From a bacterium (GTDB lineage: Bacteria > Patescibacteriota > Minisyncoccia > Phycocordibacterales > Phycocordibacteraceae), in the NCBI GenBank assembly GCA_021836725.1, contig JAKBHL010000011.1, positions 18,210-82,209 of the forward strand: a stretch of 64,000 nucleotides of DNA, written 5' to 3'. The notes below the pieces were generated by a model. The model did not search any database. It saw only the letters and a list, made by a program, of their open reading frames with translations, and was not told where the DNA came from. Within the stretch, counting starts at the first letter, position 1. Every line of letters starts with the position of its first letter. Positions 28,601 through 38,850 of this stretch are shown in pieces. Position numbers and translations under genes: made by a program.

Positions 28601-29236
28601 CTATATACCCTTGCCGACGAGGAGTCCAAAAATCCAGGAGACAAAATTAAAAAAGGGTCCGACAAAGACAAACGAGAAGATAAGAAGGAAAAGAATGAGC
28701 GAAAGCGTGCCCATCGCGCGGATCCTGTTTTCAAACCGCGCAAGACCAGAAGAGAGATGCCACGGAAGCGCCGCGCGGAGCGCCGTGAAGCCGTCTAAGG
28801 GAGGAAACGGGATAAGATTGAAAAAACCGAGAAAGAGATTGATGAACGCGATGACCGCAGCCAAGGAGAGCGCCATCGCATCAAATCCGAAATAGGCGCC
28901 GAAACGCACGACGAGCGCGAAAATAATCGCAAGAAGGATATTCGTTGCCGAACCCGCGACAGCAACGAATGCCTCTCCCCAGCGCTTATTCTTGAGGTTA
29001 TAGGGATTGTACGGCACCGGTTTCGCCCAGCCGAAAAGTATCGGCGAGCCCGTAAAAACTAGAAGCGCGGGAAGTATGATCGAACCCATGAGATCGATAT
29101 GCGGGAGCGGGTTCAGCGTAAGGCGGCCGGCGAGGCGCGCGGTCGGGTCGCCAAGCGAGTCGGCAGCATAGCCATGCGCCACCTCGTGCGCGATGATAGA
29201 AAGAATGAGGATGATGAGAGGGAGGACGACGGTCAT
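28601..29236 (-). CDS. Site-2 protease (M50) family
   Basis: HEVAHG, FNLIPFPPLDG. Confidence 0.93.
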   Translation of the reverse strand: MTVVLPLIILILSIIAHEVAHGYAADSLGDPTARLAGRLTLNPLPHIDLMGSIILPALLVFTGSPILFGWAKPVPYNPYNLKNKRWGEAFVAVAGSATNILLAIIFALVVRFGAYFGFDAMALSLAAVIAFINLFLGFFNLIPFPPLDGFTALRAALPWHLSSGLARFENRIRAMGTLSLILFLLIFSFVFVGPFFNFVSWIFGLLVGKGI

Positions 29237-29273
29237 ATTGCTCGTTTAGAATCCTATGCTACCATGAGCGGCC

Positions 29274-29516
29274 ATGGCACGCGTCTGCGAGATAACCGGC
29301 AAAAGCACCCAAATAGGCGGGCGGTATTCCAACCGTACCCGCGCGACGCAATTCAATCCGACCGGCAAGGTCCGTAGGAAGGCGAATCTCCAAAGACGCC
29401 GCATCTATGTGAGCGAACTCGGGAAGACGGTCATCGTTGATGTCTCAATGAAGGGCCTGAAGACCATAAAGAAGCACGGTGCGTATGCGGCGCTCAAAAA
29501 AGCGGGAGCTATTTAA
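29274..29516 (+). CDS. rpmB: 50S ribosomal protein L28
   Basis: MARVCEITGK...RRKANLQ...KGLKTIKKHG. Confidence 0.93.
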   Translation: MARVCEITGKSTQIGGRYSNRTRATQFNPTGKVRRKANLQRRRIYVSELGKTVIVDVSMKGLKTIKKHGAYAALKKAGAI

Positions 29517-29524
29517 TTAACAAG

Positions 29525-29717
29525 TAGGGCCGCTCCCCCGCTCGGGTATGCGACAGAAAGGAGTACGCCGTCTTTTTCTGCTCAAAAAGCGGCTCGTACT
29601 CGCGTCGTCACGCTCCGTAAGCCTCTTTCTGCCGCATACCTCTCGCGGGGAGAGGGTCACTCCTAAGCTGACATCTTAGGAGACGCATACCCGAGCGGGG
29701 ATTTGAAACGGATTTTA
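29525..29717 (-). repeat. MITE/REPIN-like repeat, copy 2 (29525-29665), plus an extra terminal-arm remnant (29684-29717)
   Basis: Reverse orientation of the copy-1 core with TAG...CTA ends; CGCATACCCGAGCGGGGATTTGAAA arm repeated. Confidence 0.8.
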
Positions 29718-30284
29718 GCTCTGCGTGATTGTTTCTCCGTCCGACACATACGTACTCCTAGGCGTAGAGGAGGAAATGGAAAGTGTTGTAGCGCCGTAGG
29801 AAATAGCAAGCGTTCCAGGCGCACGAATTTCAATACGCACACCACCAAACATAAACGATGCTCCGTAAGGGACGCTGCGAGTGCCCGCTTGCACGCGCGT
29901 CGAGACGGCATACCGGCTCTCCACATCCGGTAGTCCGCCGGCAAAAAGGGTCCCGGGGTCGGTAAGGATGACGGCGTCGATGCTTCTCTGCCACATCGGT
30001 AACGTCTCTCCAAGGGCGCGCAAAATACTCGCATCCGGCCCGGTATCGATAAGAAGCGTCCGGCCATGCGGCGTGCGCACCAAAACCGGATGGTTTTTCT
30101 TTCCTGCGTCGAGTACGGATACGGTTACTACAGGTGGCGCGAATATCTCTCGGTATACGCCAATATTCCCGAGCACGAGCACAAAACACAGGAGAAGCCA
30201 AAAGCGCAGTGGCCACTGGTTCTCCTTGGAGGGAATAGAGTGTGCTTCGACTGTGTTTTCTAGAGCACTCCCGTGGTGCACCAT
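29715..30284 (-). CDS. Degenerate ComEC-type metallo-beta-lactamase domain protein
   Basis: TLLIDTGPD..ILRALG..LP.W.RSIDAVILT, but the HxDxDH motif is replaced by DPGTLF; start uncertain. Confidence 0.7.
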   Translation of the reverse strand: MVHHGSALENTVEAHSIPSKENQWPLRFWLLLCFVLVLGNIGVYREIFAPPVVTVSVLDAGKKNHPVLVRTPHGRTLLIDTGPDASILRALGETLPMWQRSIDAVILTDPGTLFAGGLPDVESRYAVSTRVQAGTRSVPYGASFMFGGVRIEIRAPGTLAISYGATTLSISSSTPRSTYVSDGETITQS

Positions 30285-30313
30285 ACGCGAAGTATATGGT
30301 ACATTTTCTTTCT

Positions 30314-30919
30314 ATGACCTACTCAACAAAAACGTTCAACTTTCCCGCCCTTACGGGGCTTTCGGAAGAACAGATCAAGGTGCATCTCGGTCTCTACGAA
30401 GGCTATGTGAAGCATGCGAATCTCATCATGGAGAAGATACACGCGCTCAAAGAAGCGGATGCCGAAGGGAATGCATACCTTATCGCGGAACTTCGACGCC
30501 GTTTCGCGTTTGAATTCAACGGCATGCGCATGCATGAATACTACTTCTCGCAATTTGAAGGCGAGAAGGGAGGGAGTCCTTCATCAGCGCTTGCCGCGGT
30601 CGCAACAAAGAAATACGGGAGCGGAGAGAACTTCATCAAGCATATAAAAGAAGTCGCGGGAAGCCGCGGCATCGGCTGGGTCGTCGTCTATAGCGACCCG
30701 AGCGTGGAGACGCTCCACACCGTCTTCGTGAACGATCACGAGCTCGGACAGCTTGCAGGATTGCCGGTCATCCTCGCGCTTGATCTCTGGGAGCATGCGT
30801 ACATGGTGGACTACGTCCCGGCGGAAAAGAAAAATTATATCGATGCTTTTTTCGCCAATCTCAATTGGAGCGTCATCGAGAAGCGTTTTGACGACGCACT
30901 GAAAGCGAGCGCGGCATAA
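30314..30919 (+). CDS. sod: Fe/Mn superoxide dismutase family
   Basis: KVHLGLYEGYV, MHEYYF, DLWEHAY. Confidence 0.92.
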   Translation: MTYSTKTFNFPALTGLSEEQIKVHLGLYEGYVKHANLIMEKIHALKEADAEGNAYLIAELRRRFAFEFNGMRMHEYYFSQFEGEKGGSPSSALAAVATKKYGSGENFIKHIKEVAGSRGIGWVVVYSDPSVETLHTVFVNDHELGQLAGLPVILALDLWEHAYMVDYVPAEKKNYIDAFFANLNWSVIEKRFDDALKASAA

Positions 30920-32334
30920 GCGACAAGTACGAGCCAGAACGGGAAGACGGGAAGCGTAAAAGCCGCCAGCGGAAGCGCCGCGGCTTTTTGCGCGACAAGC
31001 ACGAGGTATGCGTTTGCAAGATACGCGGGGAACGCAAGCGCGATGCCGGCAAATGGCGCAACGGTGCCGAGCAACATGCCGGCAAAACCGGCGAGTGCCG
31101 ACAGGCCCATCGCGAGAGGAACGACCGGCGCCACGAGGATATTTGCCGGCAGCGCGACGATCGAGAAAAGACCCATGTCATAGGCGAGAAGCGGAAGAAC
31201 GGCGAGTTGCGCGGCGAGCGTTGTCGCGACGGCATTTCTCCAAAAAGCATTTTTGAGAAATGAAAGAAGCGTTTCAATGCGAGGCGCGAGCCAGATGAGT
31301 CCGGCAGTCGCCGCCACCGAGAGATCAAAACCGGGATCAAAGACGAGATAGAGCGGATTCCAAAGGAGCATGAGGCACACGACGACGAGGAGCGCGCGAC
31401 CGGCCGCGTAGGATCGGCCGGTCGCGCGCGCATAAAGCGCTATGAATGCCATGAGCATGGCGCGAAGCGCGGTCGCCGATGCGCCGGCGATGAAGACGAA
31501 GAGAAGCACGGCAAGCACAGCCGCGAGAGCTCCCCACCGTCGCGGTAGCTTCGTAAGCGCAAGCGCCGCGAGTACCCATTCCGCCACGACCATCACGTTA
31601 TAGCCGGAGAGAACGATTATTTGTACGAGTCCGGAACGGACGAACGCATCTTGCAAATCTTTCCCAAGACCGGTCTTCCCGCCGATGACGATGCCGCCGG
31701 CAAGCGAGGAATACGGCTCAGGGAGCGTCGCGGAAAGCCCGCCGAGAAACGCATGCTTCACGCGCGCGAGCGCGGCGGGCGGCGAATACCACGGTGCGTT
31801 CGACTCGACGCGAATGAATGCGTAGTTGAGGATGAACTGCACGCCCTCGCGCGCAAGATATTTGTCGTAGCGGAAGACGCGGCCGTTCTCGCTCGTGAAA
31901 GGTTGCGGCACAAGGAGCGTGCCCGAAACTTTCACACGGTCGCCGACGGCAACCACGGGGGAACGGGGAGCGACCGCAAGCATCTTCGTCGACTGCCCGT
32001 CCGACCCAATACGGATCGTCACGCGCTGATTGGCATCGCGCACATCGGGATCGCTCACGACGACGCCCTCATAGGACACGCGGTGCCGAATCTGGTTCGC
32101 GAATGTTCCCGGCAACGGTGCGTCGGCGTAGAGCGTGCGCAACATGCCGAGCGCGCTGAAGACGCAACAGAGCGCACCAAGCGAGTAGGCATGGCGCGGC
32201 TTCAGAAATGCGGCCGCGCCCAAAAGCGTCGCAAGCAAAAGGACGAACGCGACCGGTTCCCAGCCGAACGCGAAAAGCGAACGAAGAAACACCCCGCTTG
32301 CGAGTCCACCAACTGCAAAGAGCAAAAAGATCAT
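30835..32334 (-). CDS. comEC: ComEC/Rec2 competence channel (no MBL domain)
   Basis: OB-fold region, SGLVQIIVLSGYNV, GFDLSVAAT. Confidence 0.93.
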   Translation of the reverse strand: MIFLLFAVGGLASGVFLRSLFAFGWEPVAFVLLLATLLGAAAFLKPRHAYSLGALCCVFSALGMLRTLYADAPLPGTFANQIRHRVSYEGVVVSDPDVRDANQRVTIRIGSDGQSTKMLAVAPRSPVVAVGDRVKVSGTLLVPQPFTSENGRVFRYDKYLAREGVQFILNYAFIRVESNAPWYSPPAALARVKHAFLGGLSATLPEPYSSLAGGIVIGGKTGLGKDLQDAFVRSGLVQIIVLSGYNVMVVAEWVLAALALTKLPRRWGALAAVLAVLLFVFIAGASATALRAMLMAFIALYARATGRSYAAGRALLVVVCLMLLWNPLYLVFDPGFDLSVAATAGLIWLAPRIETLLSFLKNAFWRNAVATTLAAQLAVLPLLAYDMGLFSIVALPANILVAPVVPLAMGLSALAGFAGMLLGTVAPFAGIALAFPAYLANAYLVLVAQKAAALPLAAFTLPVFPFWLVLVAYAALAFSASSKRFSMTLQLRLAKKASI

Positions 32335-32750
32335 GCGCCCCGATCCATCGCATCGTTCGCGAGGGCGTCGGCGTCTTTATTTTGCGCACGCGGAACATGG
32401 GAAAAAGAGACGTTTTTGAAAGTCGCGGCGAGCGAAGCGAGCCGCGCGTGCTGCCCCTTCAAGACCGGATGTTTCACTTTGTATTCTCCGCGCATCTGCT
32501 TTACGACAAGCTCGCTGTCCATCTTCACAGTTACGTCGATCACGTCCGCCTTCCCCGTCCCGACGAGTTTCGCGAGCGTCTCGAACGCAAGGATCACCGC
32601 TTCGTACTCCGCAAAATTATTCGTGCGCGTTCCGAGAAATTGCGAGACGCTCGCGACCGAATTGCCAAACTCGTCGCGGATCATCGCGCCGGCTCCGGCC
32701 GGCCCCGGGTTCCCTCTTGCGCCGCCGTCGGCATGAATGGTGAAATGCAT
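32331..32750 (-). CDS. rnhA: Ribonuclease HI
   Basis: DGGARGNPGPAG, TNNFAEYEA, DSELVVKQ, ADALANDA. Confidence 0.95.
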   Translation of the reverse strand: MHFTIHADGGARGNPGPAGAGAMIRDEFGNSVASVSQFLGTRTNNFAEYEAVILAFETLAKLVGTGKADVIDVTVKMDSELVVKQMRGEYKVKHPVLKGQHARLASLAATFKNVSFSHVPRAQNKDADALANDAMDRGA

Positions 32751-32757
32751 ACGTCCA

Positions 32758-34479
32758 CTATAGCAAGCGGATATCGAGAAGCCGCAGGCGCACCAGGGCA
32801 CCGCGCGAGAAGGTGTCGCGCTCGAGATGCGCAAGCAGATTCGCGCGGCTCCCCGCCACAAGCGTGTCCGCCGCGCGCGCGACGGTCCCTTTTGCAAAGA
32901 AGGTGACCGCATCGATATCCCCTTTTCCTTTGACATCGATTTTTAATTTCAAATGTTCCGCTCCTTTCCCAAAACGTGAAATCTCTCTTGCAACGACTTC
33001 GCGTAACAGAAACACCGGCTTTGGATTTTGCATACCGAACGGGGCGAACGACTCTATTTTTTTCAAGAACGCGCTCGTCGCCTCTTCCGGCGCGATCTCG
33101 GCATCGGCGCGCACCGAAAAAGCGTCGTGCGTCGTGCCGTCTTCAGCCAGGCGCGCATACGCCGCGACCAACCGATCCTCAAGAAAGAAAACCGCGTCGT
33201 CGCGCACGGTGAAACCGCCCGCGGCTTTGTGGCCGCCGAATTCGACGAAGGTGTCTTCCGTCGCGCGCATGAGTTCAAGCGCGTGGATGCTGCCGCTGCG
33301 CACCGATCCTTTGATGCTCATGTTCCCTTCGCGCCCCCAGAGGAACACCGGCCGTCCGTATTCTTCCGCGATGCCGTTCGCGACAAGACCGAGAAGCGCC
33401 GGCCGCCACGCAGGGTCGCCAAGCGCGATGACGCTGCGCAACTCTCCGCGCTCTTTCAAGCGCGCGTGCACCGCGCGGGTGAGCGCGCCCGCTTGCGCTT
33501 TGCGCTCCCGATTCGCCTTTTCCAATTTCTTCGCGAGCAGGTCGGCATCGTCTTCGTTCAAAGTGGTAAAAAGGTCGAAGGCATCGCGCGCGTCACCCAT
33601 GCGGCTCGCCGCATTCACGCGCGGCGCGATCATGAAGCCGATATCGTCTTCAGTAAGCGCGCGCTGGTCGGCGCGTATCGTGCGGCATAGTTTTTGGAGG
33701 CCGATACGCGGCGACTTGCGCATCACAAGGAGCCCGTACGTCGCGAGCACCCTGTTTTCGCCGACAAGCGCCACCATGTCGGCGACGGTCGCGAGAGCGA
33801 CCATATCGAGAAGCCATTTTTCCCATCCGACCGGGACCCGCTCGCGGACATCCGGCGCGACAGCAAGCGTTGCGCATACGAGTTTCCACGCGACTCCCGC
33901 GCCGCAGAGATCGCGGAAAGGATATGTCTCATCGGCGCGCGCATTGGGGTTTACAACGGCAAACGCCTCCGGCAATGCCGCGCCCGGAAGGTGGTGATCG
34001 GTCACGATGACTTCCATGCCAAGTTCGTTCGCCCGTGCGACGGCCTCGACGTCGGTGATGCCGGAATCCACCGTAACGATGAGTTTCACGCCTTTCTCGG
34101 CAAGTTTTTCTACACCGGCGACGTTCACGCCGTAGCCTTCCGCATGGCGGTGCGGAATATAATTTTCAAAATGCGCACCCGCTTTTTTCAGGAAATCGTG
34201 CAGCAGGACGCCGCCCGGGATGCCATCGCAGTCGTAATCGCTCCAGACGGCGATGCTTTCTCCGGAGCGTATCGCGTCCGCAAACCGCCGTGCCCCCTTT
34301 TCCATATCGCGCATGAGAAGCGGATCATGCAGATGTTTTTCGTAGGAAGGGTGCAAAAACCGTTCGGCCTCTTCTTCCGTTTCGACGCCGCGGCGCGCGA
34401 GAAGCGCCGCGGTGAGATCGTCGTAGGAAGCGAGCTCCGCGCGGACGTTTTCATCGAGCGGATCATGAAGCGGGGACAT
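32758..34479 (-). CDS. recJ: ssDNA exonuclease RecJ
   Basis: DYDCDG, VDSG, TDHH, GGHKAAGG. Confidence 0.96.
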   Translation of the reverse strand: MSPLHDPLDENVRAELASYDDLTAALLARRGVETEEEAERFLHPSYEKHLHDPLLMRDMEKGARRFADAIRSGESIAVWSDYDCDGIPGGVLLHDFLKKAGAHFENYIPHRHAEGYGVNVAGVEKLAEKGVKLIVTVDSGITDVEAVARANELGMEVIVTDHHLPGAALPEAFAVVNPNARADETYPFRDLCGAGVAWKLVCATLAVAPDVRERVPVGWEKWLLDMVALATVADMVALVGENRVLATYGLLVMRKSPRIGLQKLCRTIRADQRALTEDDIGFMIAPRVNAASRMGDARDAFDLFTTLNEDDADLLAKKLEKANRERKAQAGALTRAVHARLKERGELRSVIALGDPAWRPALLGLVANGIAEEYGRPVFLWGREGNMSIKGSVRSGSIHALELMRATEDTFVEFGGHKAAGGFTVRDDAVFFLEDRLVAAYARLAEDGTTHDAFSVRADAEIAPEEATSAFLKKIESFAPFGMQNPKPVFLLREVVAREISRFGKGAEHLKLKIDVKGKGDIDAVTFFAKGTVARAADTLVAGSRANLLAHLERDTFSRGALVRLRLLDIRLL

Positions 34480-34504
34480 GTGCGAACTATTGTATACTTC
34501 CCGG

Positions 34505-34915
34505 ATGGAAGACACTATTTTCATGAAAATCATCCGGCGCGAGATTCCCGCGGACATCGTCTACGAAGACGAAGATACGCTTGCCTTTCTTGACGCAAAA
34601 CCGGTCGTGCCCGGCCACACGCTGGTGATACCGAAGAAGTACGCGCAGAATATTTTCGATATAGATGACGCATCGCTTGCCGCGACGATGCGTACGGTGC
34701 GGAAGATCGCGCCCGCGGTGCGCGACGCGGTCGGCGCGCGCGGCGTGCATATCAATTCAAACCATGGCGCCGCCGCCGGACAGATCGTCTTTCACATGCA
34801 TTTCCACATCATTCCGCGCCGCGACCGGAGTGAATTTTCTTTTTGGCCCCAGAAAGAATACCCCGCGGGTAGTGCGGCGGGCATAGCCGAAAAGATCCGT
34901 CAGGCGCTCGTGTAA
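34505..34915 (+). CDS. HIT family hydrolase
   Basis: GHTLVIPK, HMHFHIIPR. Confidence 0.95.
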   Translation: MEDTIFMKIIRREIPADIVYEDEDTLAFLDAKPVVPGHTLVIPKKYAQNIFDIDDASLAATMRTVRKIAPAVRDAVGARGVHINSNHGAAAGQIVFHMHFHIIPRRDRSEFSFWPQKEYPAGSAAGIAEKIRQALV

Positions 34916-36063
34916 AGTTCGAGCGCCTCGATGCCGACGAGCGTTCCTTTTGCGAGGAAGTCGAGCATGGCGCCGCCGCCGGTCGAGACGAAAGAGAAAT
35001 GCGGCAAGAGCCCGAGGTTCTCAATAGAGGCGACCGTATCGCCTCCGCCGACGACCGAATGCGCGCCGGAGGCGGCGATGGCGCGCGCGAGAGCGTCCGT
35101 CGCATCGATGAATCCGTTCTCGTAATTCCCGAGCGGGCCGTTCCAGAGGATGTTTTTCATTTTCCGCGTGAGAGCGGCGAGGAGCGCGCTCGTCGCCGGC
35201 CCGTGATCGAGTATGATCTCGTCCTTCGCCACCTGCTCCACGGGCACTACCCGCGCCTCCGCCCGCGCATTGAGAGTATCGAGCGCATCCGCGTGTATGA
35301 CGAGCGCGTCGACCGGAATGACGAGTTTCGGATTGGCGAGCAGCTCCTTCACCCGAGCCGGATCGGCATCCGAGGCGAGCGACTTCCCCACTTCTTTTCC
35401 CGCCGCCTTCAGAAAATCATTTGCGAGCGCGCCGCCGACAAAAACATGATCGTAGCTCGCAAGGAGCGCCGTCAACACCGCTTCTTTTGTCTTGAATTTC
35501 GCCCCGCCGATAACCGCGAATGCGGGATGCGCGGGATGCAGCGCCCCGCGAAGCGCCACGGTCTCCTCTTCAAGCAGGAGCCCCGCGTAGGCGGGCAGGA
35601 ATTTCGGCACGCCGATTATCGATGCGTGCGCCCGATGGCAGGTATCGAACGAGTCCTCGACGAAAACATCGGCGAGCGCCGCGAGCTCTCTCGAAAACGC
35701 GGGATCGTTCGCCTGCTCTCCCGCATTGCGGCGCAGATTCTCGAGCACGAGTATGTCGCCGGGCGCCATAGCGCGAATCGCTTCGCGCGCACCGGCGCCG
35801 ATCGTCTCCGAACAAAACGAGACTCCCCGTATGAGTGTCGCAAGCGCGCGCGCAACGGGCGCGAGCGTCTCGGTTCCTTTGTTTCCAATGTGGCTTATGA
35901 GTATGACTTTTGCTCCCCGCTCGGTGAGGAAGCGAACCGTCGACAACGCGCGGCGGAGGCGATAGTCGTTCACCACATGATCATTTTCAACAGGTACGTT
36001 GAGCGCTGAGCGTACCAGTATCGGGATATTTTCGAATGCGGGGATAGAGCGGACGGAACGCAT
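34900..36063 (-). CDS. pgk: Phosphoglycerate kinase
   Basis: LENLR, HRAHAS, WNGPLG, GGGDT, STGGGA. Confidence 0.97.
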   Translation of the reverse strand: MRSVRSIPAFENIPILVRSALNVPVENDHVVNDYRLRRALSTVRFLTERGAKVILISHIGNKGTETLAPVARALATLIRGVSFCSETIGAGAREAIRAMAPGDILVLENLRRNAGEQANDPAFSRELAALADVFVEDSFDTCHRAHASIIGVPKFLPAYAGLLLEEETVALRGALHPAHPAFAVIGGAKFKTKEAVLTALLASYDHVFVGGALANDFLKAAGKEVGKSLASDADPARVKELLANPKLVIPVDALVIHADALDTLNARAEARVVPVEQVAKDEIILDHGPATSALLAALTRKMKNILWNGPLGNYENGFIDATDALARAIAASGAHSVVGGGDTVASIENLGLLPHFSFVSTGGGAMLDFLAKGTLVGIEALELYTSA

Positions 36064-36065
36064 AC

Positions 36066-36809
36066 CTAAGCAAGATTTTTTACCAGTGCTCCGAATGCGT
36101 GCACGTCGACCGAGGCATGTCCGATGAGGAAACCGTCAATGCCGGAATTCTCCGCGAGAGTGCGTACATTCTCCGGTTCGACCGAGCCGCCATAGAGAAC
36201 GAGAAAGCGTTCGCCGCGCTTCCCGGGCACAAGTTCCGCGAGGACCTTGCGAATGTACAGCACCATTTCCGCGAGGTCGTCGCTCGCTATGGCATCGGCG
36301 GCCGTTTTACCGATCGCCCATATCGGTTCGTAGGCAACAATCACTTTCCCGCGTTCCTTGGGCATGAGCGATTCGAGAGCGACAGTAAGCTCTTCCCGTA
36401 TAAAAGAGAGATAGCGTCCCTCACCGTCGCGCGCTCGCTCGCCGACGCAGAGGATAGGCACGAGGCCGTGCGAGAGAGAGAGCGCAAGCTTTTGGGCGAC
36501 GAGCGCATCCGTATCGCCCGCCGCCCGCCGCTCTGAGTGCCCGATGATGGCGTAGGTGGCACCGGCGCCTGCATATGCCGGCGCGGTCGCTTCGCCGGTC
36601 TGCGCGCCTCCGAGAGTAGCGGACACATCTTGCGCCGCAAAGGCGACCGCGGAGGTATTCCCCGCCGCAAGCGCCCCGAGAAATGGTGCGGGCGGCGCCA
36701 GTACGATGGTGCTGATGTTTCTTTTCGCGAGACTTTTGCTCGTCGCAAAAAGCTTCTTCGCTTTCGGCAGATCTTCAACGTACGCTTTCCAATTGGCGAC
36801 AATGAGCAT
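36066..36809 (-). CDS. tpiA: Triosephosphate isomerase
   Basis: VANWK, GHSERR, AYEPIWAIG, LYGGSV. Confidence 0.97.
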   Translation of the reverse strand: MLIVANWKAYVEDLPKAKKLFATSKSLAKRNISTIVLAPPAPFLGALAAGNTSAVAFAAQDVSATLGGAQTGEATAPAYAGAGATYAIIGHSERRAAGDTDALVAQKLALSLSHGLVPILCVGERARDGEGRYLSFIREELTVALESLMPKERGKVIVAYEPIWAIGKTAADAIASDDLAEMVLYIRKVLAELVPGKRGERFLVLYGGSVEPENVRTLAENSGIDGFLIGHASVDVHAFGALVKNLA

Positions 36810-36844
36810 GTACAGAGTATAGCAGTACGCTCACGCTGCGGCGC

Positions 36845-38260
36845 TCACATCTGTTTCCAGTCCACAAACTGCCATTGCGTCGAGGTCGTGGGCGTGAAAG
36901 GCGGCGGGTTAGTCGAATTCTGCCTGTCGAACACCGACGTGCCGCCCGAATAGCCGGATATTCCGTTGGCGCACGAGCCACCCACGAGCCACGCGGTAAC
37001 AGGACGCAGCGTCGAAACGACGGTACCGAATTGGTTGAGATCCGATCGAGAGGCATACGGACTGCTGCAAGAATAAAAATTGCGCCCAAATACGCCTGAT
37101 TGCGCGACAAAGATACCGTCCATAGTGAGATTTGTAGGCGTGTTCGGACCGATGAGGAGATCGTGTGACGCGATAGCAGTGAGGCCGGCGGAACCGTCGA
37201 AAGCGGTATAGGTGATGTTGTTCGGCACCACGATGTTTGGATAGACGCCTTGATCGGTGACGTCGGCGGCGACTACCGTCACTTTCGAGGAAATAGATCC
37301 CTCAATCCAGGCATTGTCCTCGATAAAGATGACTCCGCACTGCGAAGGGATCGTGTAGGTACCAAGCGTTGTTTCGCTTGAAATGAGCGAGTAGTCGTTT
37401 ACAAACCAATTTGCGGAGCCATCAGCCGGATAGGAATACAGATTCTGATCCACCGCAGTCACCTGCTTCACGGTTACGGTGCCATCGCCGTTGAAAATGA
37501 GGTGATAACCAAGATTTGGATTGTTGTTCGTTGAAACGCGCGGGAAATAGAGGCCGGAAGTCTGGGCTATCGTTTTTAGAGAGGAGAAACTTGAAGCGAT
37601 AGCAGCGAAATCGACTTGCGGCGTCGGATAATTCCAGAAATCCTGGTTCGTTCCGTTGCCGAAAACGCCCGGAACGGTCTGACCGGGATTACAGCCGAAA
37701 GAATAGTCGCAGTACCATGAGGAGAGCGACGAAGTGACAGGAGCGTTGGGAGATCCGTCCATGCGAAGACCGCCATTGCTGTGCACCGGTCCGTAAATCG
37801 GTCCGGCCCCGAACCACGTGCTCGCATTGAGAACCATATTGTAACGGGCGACGGAAGGTTCCGCGTAGCGCGCCCAGAGCGTCGTTGAGACGCCGGGCGC
37901 ATCGCTCGGCACGCCGGTACTCGTGACGTCAATCGACTGCACAACGTTGCAGGCGACATTGCCCGTTATGGAGAGCGAGTACGTTCCCGCCGTGCCGCCC
38001 TGCGGGTCGGCATACGAAGTCACGTATGGGCCGGCGTGGCCGGTACCGTCCTGCGTATTACCGGGGAAATGCGAAAGGAACCAGCGATAGTATTCGAGGC
38101 CGGCGTCGGCGATGCTGAAGCCCTCCGCGCGCGCGCGGGTAATATCCTGCGCGTGATTTTGAGCCAGAACGAAGCCGGAAAGCGCGGCGAGCACCGTAAA
38201 AAATATGCCGCCGAAAATGAGCACGAGGAGAACGATTGAACCGCGCAGTCGATTTTTCAT
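36845..38260 (-). CDS. PilX-like minor pilin / pilus-tip protein
   Basis: RG|SIVLLVLIF N-terminus, A.SIADAGLEY, C-terminal PPPFTP...WKQ. Confidence 0.8.
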   Translation of the reverse strand: MKNRLRGSIVLLVLIFGGIFFTVLAALSGFVLAQNHAQDITRARAEGFSIADAGLEYYRWFLSHFPGNTQDGTGHAGPYVTSYADPQGGTAGTYSLSITGNVACNVVQSIDVTSTGVPSDAPGVSTTLWARYAEPSVARYNMVLNASTWFGAGPIYGPVHSNGGLRMDGSPNAPVTSSLSSWYCDYSFGCNPGQTVPGVFGNGTNQDFWNYPTPQVDFAAIASSFSSLKTIAQTSGLYFPRVSTNNNPNLGYHLIFNGDGTVTVKQVTAVDQNLYSYPADGSANWFVNDYSLISSETTLGTYTIPSQCGVIFIEDNAWIEGSISSKVTVVAADVTDQGVYPNIVVPNNITYTAFDGSAGLTAIASHDLLIGPNTPTNLTMDGIFVAQSGVFGRNFYSCSSPYASRSDLNQFGTVVSTLRPVTAWLVGGSCANGISGYSGGTSVFDRQNSTNPPPFTPTTSTQWQFVDWKQM

Positions 38261-38850
38261 AATTGGTTCTTGAGATTACGCAGCGTCGCGGCTCCGGAGA
38301 GTGTGAAGGCGACCGGTGCCCGGTTCACGTTCACGTCGACGACGACCGTCGTCTCAACCGATGCTATCTTCGAGATATTTATCGGTGCGGTGAGCTCGGC
38401 CCCGGTATCGTCGAAGTAGCGGAAGACGGGCGTTGCGGCGTCGTTGACGACCGAGGTCGCTATGGTCGTCGTCGCCGAAGGCGTGCCGGCGTACGAGGGC
38501 GGATTCCCCGCTGAGGATTGGACCACCCGGTACAACGTACCTTGCTGGAGCGTGTAGGTCACGCGTGCGATGGAAGGACTTGCACCATTTATGTTTGCGT
38601 AGAAGGTAATGGATGAAGTCGCGACACTCTCGATAGGGTACGATCCATCGTCCCCATAGGACGCCTCGCGCAGATATTTCATTGCATCCTCGACGCCGAG
38701 CCGCGCCTGTCCTACGGCGATGGATTGTTGAAGCGTATAGGCGTTTGTTTTGTAGAAATAAGCGAGGAGCGTGCCAAGCGTGACCATGATAAGCGCTGTC
38801 ATTGCTATGACGACTATGGTTTCTATCAAAGTGAAGCCGCGGTAGATCAT
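38257..38850 (-). CDS. Type IV minor pilin (PilW/GspJ-like)
   Basis: RG|FTLIE prepilin site, C-terminal LRNLK. Confidence 0.9.
   Translation of the reverse strand: MIYRGFTLIETIVVIAMTALIMVTLGTLLAYFYKTNAYTLQQSIAVGQARLGVEDAMKYLREASYGDDGSYPIESVATSSITFYANINGASPSIARVTYTLQQGTLYRVVQSSAGNPPSYAGTPSATTTIATSVVNDAATPVFRYFDDTGAELTAPINISKIASVETTVVVDVNVNRAPVAFTLSGAATLRNLKNQL

Noticed and set aside
32813-33997. Long antisense ORFs (394 aa opposite recJ; similar ones opposite comEC, pgk, rny, polA and virB4)
   Set aside because: They mirror well-supported genes. GC-rich codon bias depletes antisense stops, and the products have no recognisable motifs.
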